From positions 102,798,001 to 102,862,000 of the forward strand of contig NC_087436.1 of assembly GCF_036321535.1 (NCBI RefSeq): a stretch of DNA of 64,000 nt. The letters are read 5' to 3'. The stretch is from Camelus dromedarius (Eukaryota). Positions within the stretch are counted from its first letter, which is position 1, and each line of letters starts with the position of its first letter. The position numbers and the translations under genes are program-made. Shown here in pieces: positions 1 to 12,700 of this stretch. The notes beneath the pieces are model-generated. The model saw only the letters and a list, made by a program, of their open reading frames with translations. It was not told the origin of the DNA and made no database searches.

Positions 1-1517
1 AGGAGATACAATTCTCACTTGGAGTCAGGGGTGAGAAGGAGAAGCAAAGTGTCCATGTGCTGGAATCGTCCTCAAAAGTGATGTTCCGTCTCAGCCAAAC
101 TCAAGGGAACAGAAGGAGAAGAGAAACTTCAGGTAGGTCTAGTGAAGGTAAATTGTGCTCATGCTTCACTTCAAAAGTATATTCCAGGCAGATTAAAACT
201 CTGTGCCCAGAAAGACGCAGGAGAAGGAGTGGCAGTAATTGAGGTTGATGTCTCTAGACAGAGAGGGTCTAAGCTCCACCAGAGAGTTTCTAGGGGCATC
301 AGAGTGGTCCCCAGAGGAATAACAAGTGAGCTTTGCTAGACCTGGATTCAGAGAGACCTCGTATTTGGGAAGAAAGGACAGAATAGCTGCAACCTTCATG
401 TAACAAAGGATGAGGCAGGACCAGGTAAACCTCAGAGGACCCTGAAGTGGATCAATGGCCAATCATGGCCAGATGGTCCCACCCACAATCCTGGGGCACC
501 GTCCTTCAGACTTTAGGGAAAACCAAACACACAGTAGAGAGAAATTTCCATGTGACTGACATTTTTGTCTTTTAACCATCCATCAGAATTGAGTTTAATA
601 TAGGAACACTTTTGTCAGGCAGTGTTAAAGTTGCACTTTATGCCTGCTTGAACTTGTGGCCCAGATTTGTACGAAAGACAGAAGGTGTATCAGTAACACT
701 AAAAAATGCCCATACAGATCTATCCCAGGGTGAACTTGTCTGAACTGGTTTAGATTGTTGATGATCTGAACATCACATAAACTTTGCTATGTTAAACCTC
801 TTATACAGAATCTCCTTGAATGCTGACCCTATTTCTGGATTGTCTGTGCTGCTTCTGGCTTCATAGTTCTGTTCACTGTTTTTTCAGTGTTAGACTCAGC
901 TTGGACCTCGAGTATGCCACAGCTTTCAGGTTGAGCCAGGCCACCAACGTGTGAGCCCACCTAGCTCACGTGTTGGGCAAATTCAAATTAAATTCTCCTC
1001 TTTATACAGTATTAACCAGTAAAACAATGAGCAGTTACACACACATAGACACAGAGTTTACCAGAGTTTCACTATATTTAGTGAACTAAACATAGGAAGA
1101 TATGAAATACTTCAAACTAGCATGTTGTAGGAGAGTGATGTCTTTAATATATTAATTGATTGCAGTTCTGGCTTTTTCCTTAGGGAGACAAAAAGTGGGT
1201 CTGGAGAAAAGAGCAGTGAGAAGGTCAATTGGTAACTAAAATTAGATAAAGAGGGAGAGTAATCCGGGGTGGGGAGAGAGCTGGGGCCCTCCACTGCAGA
1301 ACAAGGAGCAGAGCTGATGTCTTTAAGGGATGAGCTGCCTCAGAGCCAGGGCCCCCTGCTTCCTCTGCCCTGCCACTCGGCACCAGTCTGTGAGCACGCA
1401 TCACCCACCAACCCTCCCTGCACTGACCACAGATGTGAACAAGTGGGAAAAACAAAAGGGGGTGGGGGTAGGACACCTAGATTCCCTGAATAGCGGTGGG
1501 TGCATAAAAGGAGTATC

Positions 1518-1636
1518 TTTTTTTGGGAAGGTGGTAATTAGGTTTGTTTGTTTGTTTATTTAATGGAGGTACTGGGAATTGAACCCAGGACCTCGTGCAT
1601 GTATGCACATTCTCTACCACTGAGCTATACCCTCCC
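1518..1636 (-). mobile_element. tRNA-Ala-derived SINE (camelid vic-1 type)
   Basis: Minus strand reads GGGAGGGTATAGCTCAGTGGTAGAG...GAGGTCCTGGGTTCAATTCCCAGTACCTCCA (Pol III A box TAGCTCAGTGG, B box GGTTCAATTCC), then (AAAC)n, CCTAATTACC and an A tail. Degenerate TSD taaaaggagtatct/taaagagagtaact. Confidence 0.9.
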
Positions 1637-1830
1637 TAAAGAGAGTAACTTGACTTCCATTTTTGAAAGTATGGTAGCTTATTTATCTTGACCACCCCTT
1701 CCACTAACCACTGTTTTTATTAAAGGTGAAAAGTAAGATGCTTGCAGCAGAGAGATTCAAAATTACAGTTATCTGTAGAAAACGGAAATACACAAGGGTG
1801 TTTCTCCCATAAATAGTACTTACGTCTCAG

Positions 1831-1940
1831 GTTGCAGTATTACAGGCGTGGCTGAGCACGGGGGTGCGGTGGAGCCTTGCTGTTCATCTATGATCAGACT
1901 GAGCTGAACAATGGGGGCTTGTCCCTACAGGTTGAGCCAG
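1831..1940 (+). other. candidate non-coding exon
   Basis: Acceptor ...tacgtctcag| and consensus donor CAG|gtgagt at 1940/1941. Stops in all three frames. Splice motifs are the only evidence. Confidence 0.2.
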
Positions 1941-1967
1941 GTGAGTACTACCACCACTAACAAGGCA

Positions 1968-2008
1968 ACACACACACATGTGCGCACACACACACACACA
2001 AGCACACA
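1968..2008. repeat. interrupted (CA)n microsatellite
   Basis: acacacacacatgtgcgcacacacacacacacaagcacaca. Confidence 0.85.
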
Positions 2009-2459
2009 TGAAACCAGGCAGCATAAGTTTTACTTTCTGACTTACAACTCAGTGTCCACATTGCAAAGAATAAGACTGTATTCATGAGGAAGCCAGAATC
2101 TGTCCTATGACATGCCTATGGGATGACGGTCAGCATCTGGGTATGATCTTAGAAAAGACAAATCTGTACAGGGTCCTAAAGTGGGTATCCAAGAGAAAAA
2201 TTGGGGGTTTTTTGGTGGGCTGACAGTGGTGGGGGTGCTCTGTTGTGCTGTTACACTCCTACTAGCAACCATCCTAGAGACCTGTCAGTAGTTACATGAG
2301 CAACTTGTTATAGGTGGGGGTCACTTAGCCTATTGTCACTCTTTATACATTTGCAAATCTAAACCTTATTTCCTTTCAAGCCAACTTTCACTGAATTTTT
2401 TTGTAGATTTAATAACCTTACTTTTTCTGAACGTTTCCACTTCCTTTCTTACTCTGCAG

Positions 2460-2590
2460 CCATGAGCTGGCCTCAATACACTGAAGTATATTCAGCATTC
2501 TAAACACACTGCAACCCCCCCGAAAGCCTGGAATGCACATAATTTGGAGAGTAAAAATGGCTGGAAAGCATGAAGTCTCATTATCCATAG
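2460..2590 (+). other. candidate exon (non-coding, or 5'UTR/small-ORF start)
   Basis: Long polypyrimidine acceptor ttccacttcctttcttactctgcag| and consensus donor TAG|gtaagt at 2590/2591; 131 bp. Confidence 0.3.
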
Positions 2591-3574
2591 GTAAGTAACC
2601 CAAATCCGTGTCTAGATATTTAAATATAAATAGTTCCTGATATCTGGATTGTGACAGATGTAAGTCACATTATCACTTGTTAATTGCCTCCATTACTAAC
2701 TTCATTACTTCTTTTTGGCTTTAAGAGGACCCTGTGTGAGCTCACGGGGCTCAATGGCTTCGGGTGAGAGAGAAACGAGCACTTTTCCTTGGGTGTATCG
2801 CTGGGATTTTGTTGAGACACATGACATTTCGACCTCAGGTTATGCTAAATGAGTGACTAAAACGACCCTTGGGGAGCTTACCTGACATGCGGCTTCTTTA
2901 GCAATCCAGGTGCCTAAAGCCAGGCTGCCTATCACATTTTTCAGTCTCTCCCTCTCCGTGTCATTTGTCTCCTGCAGCCCATGGTGCTGTGTTGTACCTA
3001 GAGGGGCATTTTGCTTTTCTAAGATAACGGTCTATTTTACCATCAACATTCTTTTCCTACCATTGAAATACAATTCATTTTTTTAAGAAAAATCTCCAGA
3101 GTGTCATGCTGTATTAAGCAATGGAACTTCAACTTCCCCAGAAGTATATATAAAGTCTGAAGGGTTGAGTTGAAAACACACCATCACATTTCCTTAGTTG
3201 CTGATAGAAATGGACAATTAGCTCTGTCTTACACACACATTTTAGGGCGTATTTTGTTGGTGGTTTATATTTTTCAATAATACCCTCTCTAGAGCTTTCC
3301 TGTCCCTGATTATCAGCTGATAATCTTCAAATCCCTTTGCCCTTTTCTCTTTCATGCAGATATTTAAGCCCCTTCATTTAGAGGTTGATGTAATATAGTC
3401 ACTGAAGTCTTGTCAGAACTGCAGCTCCTATTTTTATTTTTCCAGACTCTTTCTTGGGTGATCGCTAACTTAATTTTTCACCTGCATTGAAAGAAACCTA
3501 GTCTATGTTGAAATTATGTCAAAATAGCTGATTGAAAAGTGAAAAATTCAAGTTATCTCTTTTGACTCCTTTAA

Positions 3575-3745
3575 GAAAATTATTTAACAGATATATACAG
3601 ATTTCCTAAAATGTGCTAAGTACTCTGCTGGGCACTAGGCAAATATAATGTCCAATACACACTCCCCAGTTCTGGTGTGGACAGGTTGAGAGCGTCACAT
3701 AAGAAAAGTATAAAAATCCAAGTTATATGCAGTGTAAGGTAATGA
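3575..3745 (-). mobile_element. L2 LINE 3' fragment
   Basis: atttaacagatat...atgtgctaagtactctgctgggcactagg resembles the antisense L2 3' end. Confidence 0.55.
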
Positions 3746-3760
3746 TGAAATGAATGACAT

Positions 3761-3948
3761 TGGACTCAAGTTCTGTCTTTGTCATCCAAGCTGTGAAACC
3801 CTGGGCGAGTTACTTTGAACTTGGTTTCCTCATTTGCATAATGGGATGATAATAATAATGCCTGCTCTGAGGATGAAATAGGAGCACAAAGTTCTTAGAA
3901 CAGCGCTGGCACACGGTGACCATTAAATAAATATCAGTTATTTTTACC
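3761..3948 (+). mobile_element. MIR SINE
   Basis: Core gctgtgaaaccctgggcgagttact...ggtttcctcatttgcataatgggatgataata and tail cttagaacagcgctggcacacgg...aataaatatcagttatt. Confidence 0.85.
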
Positions 3949-4479
3949 ATTATCCTTAAAGCAGAGTCTAAATACAGGCTTGTGTTCAGAGCCATGGGAG
4001 CTAAGAGGAGGGAGAAAATTTCTCTCTTGAATAAAAGTAGAAAATATGTGTGGCCACAGAGGTAATGAGTAAACTGGGTGAGCCTTTGTGGATTAGTAGA
4101 AATATCTTTTGGCTTGGCCAGCTGTTAAGATGTGTGTGTGTGTGTTTGTATATGCGTTTGTGTGCATGATTGTACGTGTGTGAGTGTGGGTGGGTGGGTA
4201 TTCAAAAGCAGCTCTGATTTGCTTTTGTTTCCTTTTTTTCCCCCCCCAAATAAAGGACTAGTCTCATTAAGTCCATTAAATAACTTGTAATTCTTTGGTT
4301 ACAGTCAATCTAACTTTAGCTAATTATTTTTAAAGAAAATGTATCTGATGTTTGGGGGAATGTGCACGATCAAATGGGAGGGTCAAGAACCAGGCACAGA
4401 GAAGTGAGAAACCCAGCAGCCCTGGTAATTGGGACTACTCAGGGTACCCTTGGGTATCTCTGCCAGATGAATAAATGCC

Positions 4480-5095
4480 AATGCTTTTTTATTCATGCTT
4501 CTCAAGATTCAAGTTTCCTATTACAGTCCTACCTCTGTCTGCTGCCAGGGTCTGCCACTCTGCCCATTTTAAAGGTGTCAGTTTCAAAAAATCATCACAC
4601 CAGTGACAGGGACACACATAACTTAATGGGTTATTATTGAGGAATATGCAAGCATAGGGCATCTTGGGGTGAGGAGTCCCATGAGCAGTAAGAGGAAGTG
4701 GGAAAAGGAGAGAGAACCTGGGCTCCGGGCAGCTGCCCAGAGGGTGTTTACAGAATGTGGGGTGTAGACTGATTGTGGAACTCTTTGCATAGAAGGAAGA
4801 TCAGAGGGGTAGAGTGAGTTGCCTTGATGTAATGGGTCTAACAGAAATGAGTCGGCTGGGGCTTCTGATGGTGTTCACCATGGCAGTAGTTAATGGCTTA
4901 GCCAAATTCGGTTTTGCTGGGGGTGACTTACTGCTTCTCACCCTATGTGTCCACAGTTCCCAAGGGAGGCAGACTGACTGGTCACACTTTGGTGAGGTGA
5001 CCCCCTTTCACCCTTGGCTGTGACTTGCACTCTGATTGATAGTCCACCACAATGCCACACACTGAAGGAAAAGAAATGGCTACTGAGCAGGCAGA
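4480..5095. mobile_element. old LTR remnant (MaLR/ERVL class, subfamily uncertain)
   Basis: gactgactggtcacactttggtgaggtgacccc and a more GC-balanced composition resemble old MLT1J/K-type LTRs. Confidence 0.35.
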
Positions 5096-5832
5096 TGGTC
5101 CTAAGGTCCTAAGGTCCATCTCCTAGCCCTGAGCATGTGATGACTGCTAGTCCTTGAAACCTTTTGAAAAAGTTTTTTTTTTTTCCTTTCTATTCTTTAA
5201 AATTAAAGCAATAAAGTTGAGGAATACATTTTGCAGGGGCTGGAGGGGTGTTGGGGAGAAATGTTATGTGAGAAGAGATGGGGAAGCTGGTGACGAGAGA
5301 CAGAGTAAAGTCAATTCAAAAAATGTAAAAATAGAAATGAAGAGAGTATTCAGGTTTTAAATGTCCTGCTTCTCTTTGAAACATGTACTCTACACAAAAC
5401 TGCTTATCACTGACCCCCTCAGCCCGATTTTAGGTTTGTTACAGGCTTTACAAGGTATCCCAATTTTCTAAAAACTTCCTGAGATGAAGGGTTCACCATA
5501 GTACACAAAAAAGCACTCAACAAATACTGAATTTTTAAAGAAATTTCACAGCTGTGTTCATGTGACAGTATTCTGTGAGATTTTCACAGAATTTTTTATA
5601 ATATACATGCATGTATATTATGAAAGCATTTAATTCAAAGAGCCACAGAAAATATTTTGGAAAAAAAATTATAAAAACATCTTGTACTTCCAAATCGATG
5701 GTAAAATGTTGACTCCATTTATATAGTTCTTTATAAATTAATTGACCATCTTTTTCTTGGCCACTTAACATTTTTTAAATATAACAAAATATTTTTACTC
5801 ATCATAACTGTATTTATTTATTTATGTTGTGT

Positions 5833-6716
5833 TTTTTATTGAAGTATAGTCAGTTTATCACATTATTTCAATTTCTGGTATACAGTATAATGCTTCAGTC
5901 AGATAATGAACATACATATATTCACATGTTCTTTTTCACTGCAGTTACCATAAGATATTGAATATAGTTCCATGTGTTATACAGTATAAAATTGTTATAT
6001 ATCTTAAAAATTATATATCTATTTTATACATATTAGTTAGTATCTGTAAATCTCAAACTCCCCATTTATCCCTTCCTACCCCTCCCCCACTGGTAACCAT
6101 AAGTTTGTTTTCTGAGTCTGTTTCTGTTTTGTAAATAACTTTGTTTGTCTTTTTTTTTTAAGATTCCACATATAAGTGATATCATATGGTGTTTTTCTTT
6201 CTCTTTCTGGCTTACTTCACTTGGAATGACTATCTCCAAGTCCATCTATGTTGCTGCATATGGCATTATTTTATCACTTTTTATGGCTGAGTAGTATTCC
6301 ATTGTATAAATATACCGCAGCTTCTTTACCCAGTCATCTGCTGATGGACATTTAGGTTGTTTCCATGTCTTGGCTATTGTAAATAGTGCTGTTATGAACA
6401 TTAGGGAGCATGTATCTTTTTGAATTAAGGTTGACTCTGGATATATGCCCAAGAGTGGGACTGCTGAATCATTTGGAAAGTCTATTTTTAGTTTTTTGAG
6501 GCATCTCCATACTGTTTTCCATAATGGCTGCACCAAACTACATTCCCACCAACAGTGTAGGAGGGTTCCCTTTCCTCCACACCCTCTCCAGCATTTATCG
6601 TTTGTGGACTTTTGAATGATGGCCATTCTGATTTGTGTGGAGTGAGAACCTCATTATAGTTTTGATTTGCATTTGTCTGATAATTAGCAGTATTCAGCAT
6701 TTTTTCACGTGCCTAT
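5833..6716 (-). mobile_element. 5'-truncated L1 (ORF2 C-terminus plus 3'UTR)
   Basis: ORF 6246-6626(-) gives [30 protein letters not shown]...LLGIYP...[16 protein letters not shown]...[11 protein letters not shown], the canonical L1 ORF2 cysteine-rich C-terminus. The 3'UTR ends gactatacttcAATAAA plus an A-rich tail. Confidence 0.97.
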
Positions 6717-7637
6717 TTTTGGCCACAACTTTTATTAGGATTGGGATAAGGGAAGATAATAGCTTCTCCAAAGATCACGGCATGACAAATAAGGGAACAG
6801 ACAATATTTAGTGCATAGCTTTAAAGAAGAATTTAAGTGCTTAATCAAAATAGGAAGATATAATTTAATGACATTAATAATTTCAAGTCATACTCAGATT
6901 CAAAGCTAGATGCTTTCATTCTGTGCATCACTGAACAGAATTACTTTGTGACACCTCTTCTGATTCACAAGGTAAAAATAATCGCCCACTGTTCTTAGTG
7001 TCATAATACTATGTTAATAACTCTTCTGCAGCACAAATAACAGTGTATACTATTTAGTCACATGCGCCTATCTTTGGCGTACGTCTGAAGAATTAGAACA
7101 GAAGTGTAAGCTTATCCTCATGCTCTCAACACTTAGTGCAAGGCAGACAATTTGATAGTAGAATTCAGTGTGGTTGATCTTTCTGTTAAGTAATAAAATG
7201 ATTGAAATATGGTACCAAAGGGAGAAGGAGGAAATTAGCTATGGAACATATTTTCTTCCGCACTCAGGTTCATGGTCAACTAACTTCATGACCTTGGGAA
7301 AATAACTGTTGTCATTTGTGAAAGGATATCTGACTCTCTGTGTTGTTTGGAAGATGAAAAGTGATAAATATATCCTAACTGCCATGCAAAATATTATTAT
7401 TGAATTTGGCATGCTTCTGCATATCCTTGAGAATACTTGTTTTGTGTTCGATAGCTGAGAAAATACAAAAGCAGTCTGGGAATTAAAAGAGAGAAAGGTC
7501 TATATCAGGTTTGAGATTTTCTTTAAAGTATTGACCAACTCTTAGCACCACAAAATTATGTTTCCATTTAGCTCAATTTTGGCTCCTGTCTGAGTCTTGG
7601 GAGGCGATAAGATAAGATAATTCAGGGAAGTTCTTTT

Positions 7638-7860
7638 AACAATGTTTATTGAGTATTTATTATGTCTAAGGATTCTGCTAGCTACTATGGTTATCAATAT
7701 CATAGAAAAAAGTCTTTCATTCTAGTGAGAAATGCAGACTAGTAAACAAAAATAATGACAATGTATGATAGATTAAAGCACAATGCACGGGGGTGGGGGA
7801 TGTTTGAGTCATTTTTCTCAGGGCATTTTCTCTGAAGCTCTTAAGATAACAGAAGGATAC
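7638..7860 (-). mobile_element. L2 LINE 3' fragment
   Basis: caatgtttattgagtatttattatgtctaaggattctgctag...cattctagtgagaaatgcagac. Confidence 0.7.
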
Positions 7861-7863
7861 AAC

Positions 7864-8088
7864 CAATGGTATGTTGAGGCCAGTTCCTAAGGGCTCAGAT
7901 AAGCTGACTGTGAGCATCTTTTCCCAACTCTTCCTTCCATGATATCATGTTGGTACCACTTGCAACTATCCTTGGTGGGGGATATTCACAACAAAGAAGT
8001 GAACAAATATTATAAATCAAGACTTTCCTTCACCACTACCCCAGAATCACTTTCAAAATATTTATACAGTAATTTATATACACTACTG
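7864..8088. mobile_element. non-autonomous hAT DNA transposon (MER63-like)
   Basis: Degenerate terminal inverted repeats caatggtatgttg...tacactactg and internal gcatcttttcccaactc...catgttggta. Related to the copy at 39833-40030, which is in the opposite orientation. Confidence 0.7.
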
Positions 8089-9764
8089 TGTACAATTCTA
8101 AAAGAAAACAGTTGATGAGAAAAGGAAAATACATTTGTGTCTTTAGGCTAGGACAACTTGACATTTTACACTTTTTCCCTCATATATGTGAAGGCATAGT
8201 TTGCATGCTTAGGTTAGTTTTAGAGTGATTTTTTTTTCCCTTTTCTCTTTTCTAAGAACCTCCAGAACAAATAGCAATAAATAATTCAAACCTCCTAGTG
8301 ACTGATTTTCTTAAGGCATAAGATATATTCATTTGAGTGATAATACTGATATGAGATTAAATAATTTTTAAGCATTTTCTTCTCAGCTGATAGTCTCATC
8401 ATTACACATCACAGGTAATAACTCTTGTCATATGTTATAGATCAACGCATGGGAAAAATGAAATATGCAACTGGAAGACTGTCGTGAAACCTGACGGAGC
8501 ACTGGCTGCAGTGTTCAAATGACCTGAGGTGATAATAATTGCCCAAATGCCAACTGAAATTCAAAGGGCAGCTTTGCTGCATTGAGTGCAGTTTTGCTTA
8601 GTATAAATTAATTTCGCAGTTTCCTTTTTCATTGGTGATCACCAAGGATCCATGTCCTACTGCCAATAAATAAGACTTCACTTGTCTCTTGAAATAATTA
8701 TTTGTGTGAAATAGAACTGGCAGAAGCCAGTTTTCGTAGCCTGCAGCTATTTCTCCTCCACTAGAGCACTCTAAATTCGTTAACTTTTTCAATTACTTTT
8801 GTAGCAGACGATTATCTTTCTAACCCAATCAATTTGTCCACATTTTCATCAATGCACAGTCTTGAAGCTGGGGAGAAAATCTGCCGGTAGAGGCCAAATC
8901 TCTGCTTTAGAGTTACTCTTTTTGATTTATGAAATTGTAAAACCTTGAATTCTTTAGTAATGTTCTTTTCTAATAACATTCCACCACCTCTCTAGGGCTT
9001 CATTTACTGTGGAAAAGGTTTTTAAATGGTTTTAGATGAGTAGATAGATGATTTCACCTGAATTACTACAGATCGGGACTGGTTACAGGACTGCAAATAC
9101 TCCTTAGGGATCTGTACACCAAAAGCTGGTCTGTTAGGCACCCCATGTCCCGCTGTAGGCAGGCGCTATTACACCTGGGGGTCAGATTCTAATTGCTAAC
9201 GCTTCCTGAAGGCAGGTGAAGGTTAGCCAGTGAGAGAAAGAGAAAAGGTCAGGAACAGATAACAGCACTTTTCCTCAGAGCCCCAGCAGAAAAACTCTCC
9301 ATCGCGTACTTCAGAGGCTGTTTCAAAGGACCATTTGCTGTATCAGAGATCTAGAATTCTAAAGACATGAGATATTACTGAAAAGATCTACATTTTTAAT
9401 GTTCTTCTTCTTTTTTTTTTTTTTTTTTTTAACTCTAGATCTCCTCTAGGTTTGTGAGATGTCTTCTCCACAACTGGAGAGGTTAGTTAACACAGGTGGG
9501 AGAAGCCAACACAGCCTGAGGACAAATATGCCAGAATCTATTCCAAGGGGAGTGAATTAATTCAATAGGGGTAAGTACAGAGATTGGAAAGCCATACAGG
9601 TTTGAGGGAAAAGTGATTCGCAATTTAGTAGGTCTGCAACCTTGGCTAAATTTCTCATTTCTCCAAGCCCTGAAGGTTTGATGGATGACCTTGTGGTAAA
9701 CATGTCGGCCAGTATATGAACATTTATATGCACCTCACACCAGATGAGAAGCTTTATCATCTTC

Positions 9765-9940
9765 ATCTGTTTTAATCTTTTAAAGTTCTACAAGGTATAT
9801 CTTGCCATCAACTACACTTTCAAATGAGGAATTGAGGTTTTGTGGTGATTAAACAGTTTCCTCAAAGTCACATTGCTAGACACAGCAGAGTTAGAATTCA
9901 AGGCCAGGAAAACTCTTTGTGAAGCTTCCACTCTTATCTA
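9765..9940 (-). mobile_element. MIR SINE
   Basis: tttcaaatgaggaattgagg...caaagtcacattgctag...cagagttagaattcaaggccagg. Confidence 0.8.
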
Positions 9941-10005
9941 ATAGCCCTTATGAACCCCTACATTTCTTACCTAGTTGATAGCTAAGTGAAATACATATGA
10001 GAAGT

Positions 10006-10577
10006 ATTAGCTGACCATTGCTGAGGAGCAAAATATCGTACATTGAATGGCTAAAGAAAAATCCATTCGTCAGCCCATAGTTCATTAGGTCAGAAGTCCA
10101 GAATAGGATGGCTTATTTTTCTGCTTAAGACTGAAATCAGCCAGGCTGTTTTTTCATGTAGAGGTTCACAGGGGAAAAAAAAAATCTGCTTCTAAGCTTA
10201 TTTTTGCAATGGGGCAGATATCATCTGCCATTAGAGGACTGGGATCCTCTCTTCCCCTAGAGCCAACATCTGGGTTTTATTCTCAGCTCTTAGAAGCTGT
10301 CCCTTTCCTGGGAAGCTCCCAACATGGGCATTTGCTTTCCTCCAAGCCAGCCAGAGCAGGTATTTCTGATTTCTTTTTGACCAGTGGGAGACAAAGGGGC
10401 CATATAATTAAATTAGGCACGTTTGGATAATCCCTCTTTCTTAAAGTCACATAAATGCAACATAACATAACCTGATCATGGAAATAACATGCCTCCTATT
10501 CACAACCCCAGGTATTGGCAGGGCATCTGCACAAGGAACAGGAAATCTTGGGTACCATCTAGGAGTTTGCCTCCCCT
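10006..10577 (-). mobile_element. MaLR solo LTR (MLT1F/G-like)
   Basis: gtattagctgaccattgctg...catagttcattaggtcagaagtccag...tctgcttctaagctt...ggataatccctctttcttaaagtc...ggtaccatctaggagtttgcc. Confidence 0.75.
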
Positions 10578-12076
10578 CTGAGGGGAAAGTAACAATCTCA
10601 AAAGGTTGTGAGGACTCAACAGTAAAAATCCTAAGTAATGAATTTAGCATCTTGATTAGCACTTACCACTTAATACATGGTAACAAAGACGATGATGCTG
10701 TAAAAAAAAAAGACTTGTTCTCAGGTCTAAAGGACAAGCATGGAGCCTAAATCAGAAAATAAGAGATTCAGAGTCAAATAACCCAGAAAAGGAATAAGAC
10801 AGGCACATGCAGTGAGGCTTTAGACTGTGTTATCAGGGACCAATGTTAATTTTTATAACTTACAGATTCTGTTTATTGAATACTGGTAGCTTTGTTAGGT
10901 AAGGGCTAGACCAAATTTTAAGGTATAGGAACAGGGTCTACATTATCCTCATTGGGACCAAGGCTTTGAATTGCTAGTTGTTTGCATCCAAGGTGTGCAG
11001 CTTCTCTCCAATTCCACCTGATATTCTTGGAATAAAATACTACTTTTTCTGCTTTAGTTAATCCGCTTTGTATATTACCTAATGCCCTAGTACTCTTTCA
11101 TTCTTATCTACCATCTGCTATTATCAATTAATACATTTCCCAATAGAAAATTTATAGCATCTATGTGATACATTATTTTAGAGACTAGTAAGTTACAGCT
11201 AGGAAAAAAAAAATACCCAAAAGCAGGTCTTATTATGCACAAGTGATATAAAAGCCATGGTAGTTGGCGAATATAAACTATGTCCCTGTCAAATGAAGCT
11301 CTGGTGTATTAGCTGTTAGATCAGGTTATGGCAGCTGTATGGGAACTCATAATTCCTTCTCCTCCATATTTTATCACTACTTATGTAAAATCAAACTGTA
11401 AATAAGAATACAAGATAGGGTATGTTACTATTAATCATGGGACTTTACAACAAAGCAATGATTATTAAGATATAGAGATTCTATATCAAGAATCCTTGGC
11501 ATTAATGAGAATGGTAATTGTTGCATAAAAAGAGCTTCCTTCTTTCATAAAACATTTAATGAGAGCCTACTTTGTTCTAGGCACTGGTGATATGTAGCAG
11601 GGATAAATAATAATCTGCTCTCAAGGAGATCACTGTGTATTTAGGGGTAAAACAGAGAAGTAAATCATTGATTAAAAAATATAAGAGTTATACTTAGAAA
11701 GCTATAGAGACAGATGTATGTGTGTGTGTGTGTGTTTTAATTCTGAAAGGTCTGTAACTTGGAATGTAGACTGTGATTGTAGACTTTTGTGCTATTAGGT
11801 GTAGACACCAGACTTAACTCACTCTTCACTTTTCCTATCATATTATCACATATGTAATCAGTTTGTAATTCATTTATGTTCAATGAATGAATGAGAAAAT
11901 GTATTTTTAGCATATACTTTGTCTTTTTGGCTACTAGCGTCTTTCTCCCTTTCTCTTAATTATCCTCAAATAAAAAGCACAGTCTTTCTACACCATTATT
12001 TTCTCAGGACCTGGCTTCAGGGGAATCCCTCTCTACTCCTGGCTTAGAGTTCAGACTTAACTGCATCAGCCTAATT

Positions 12077-12278
12077 TAGTGGTTCTCAACCAGGAGCCCT
12101 CCAGAGGGCCTTCAGCAATATTTGGGGACTTTTTTTGTGAGGGGAGTTAATAGCATGGCATCTAATGGGTAGAGGTCAGGGATGTTACCACACAACTCCA
12201 ATACAGAAGACAATTTTTTTCCCCATTTAAGAATTATCTGGCCAAAATGTCAGTAGTAATGGATGCTGAAAATCGTGG
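12077..12278 (+). mobile_element. MER20-like hAT-Charlie MITE
   Basis: agtggttctcaacc...ggcatctaatgggtagaggtcagggatgtt...aagaattatctggccaaaatgtcagtagt...gctgaaaa. Confidence 0.85.
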
Positions 12279-12289
12279 TTTAATGTCAT

Positions 12290-12700
12290 GTTTCTAACCC
12301 CAGGAATTGGTTCTGGGAAGAGCACCTGATCTAAATTGATCTAATCTGAACAAAGATTGGAGAGTTTTGTTTTTTTTTTTTCTTTTGGATGGTTGGGACA
12401 ATGAGGGTCTATTGATGGAATATGAATATAGAAACACCCATTGAATGTGGAACTATCTAGAGCCCAGACCTTAGAAAACAATTTGTGACCACGAAGAGAA
12501 AGTTCTATGAGATTAGGATCCACATGAAGCAGAATGAGCTGAGGGGAAAAATAAAAATTAGTATGATTTGAGCAATGAGATTAAACATAGCCTGAAGCCT
12601 TCCCTACTTCTGACTGTTTTAGTGATATAAGCCCAAAAAGTCCCTTTAGAATATTTAAATCTATGGTTGTGATAACTTGCAACAAAAACCCCTCAATCTG
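12290..12700 (+). mobile_element. old MaLR LTR (MLT1J/K-like)
   Basis: tttgagc...catagcctgaagcc...cttctgactgtttt...ataagcccaaaaagtcccttt...aacttgcaacaaaaaccc. Confidence 0.6.

Noticed and set aside
1..600. Possible old ERVL/MaLR LTR and its short ORFs
   Set aside because: The composition is LTR-like but I cannot match diagnostic motifs with confidence; the ORFs are short and unrecognisable.
927..1941. Exact 14-bp repeat caggttgagccagg at 927-940 and 1928-1941
   Set aside because: Several 14-bp matches are expected by chance in 64 kb, and no element structure lies between them.
4186..4200. G-quadruplex motif
   Set aside because: Only three GGG runs, at the end of a (TG)n tract.
6246..6626. 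126-aa ORF as a cellular gene
   Set aside because: It is the C-terminal fragment of L1 ORF2 within a 5'-truncated retrotransposon.
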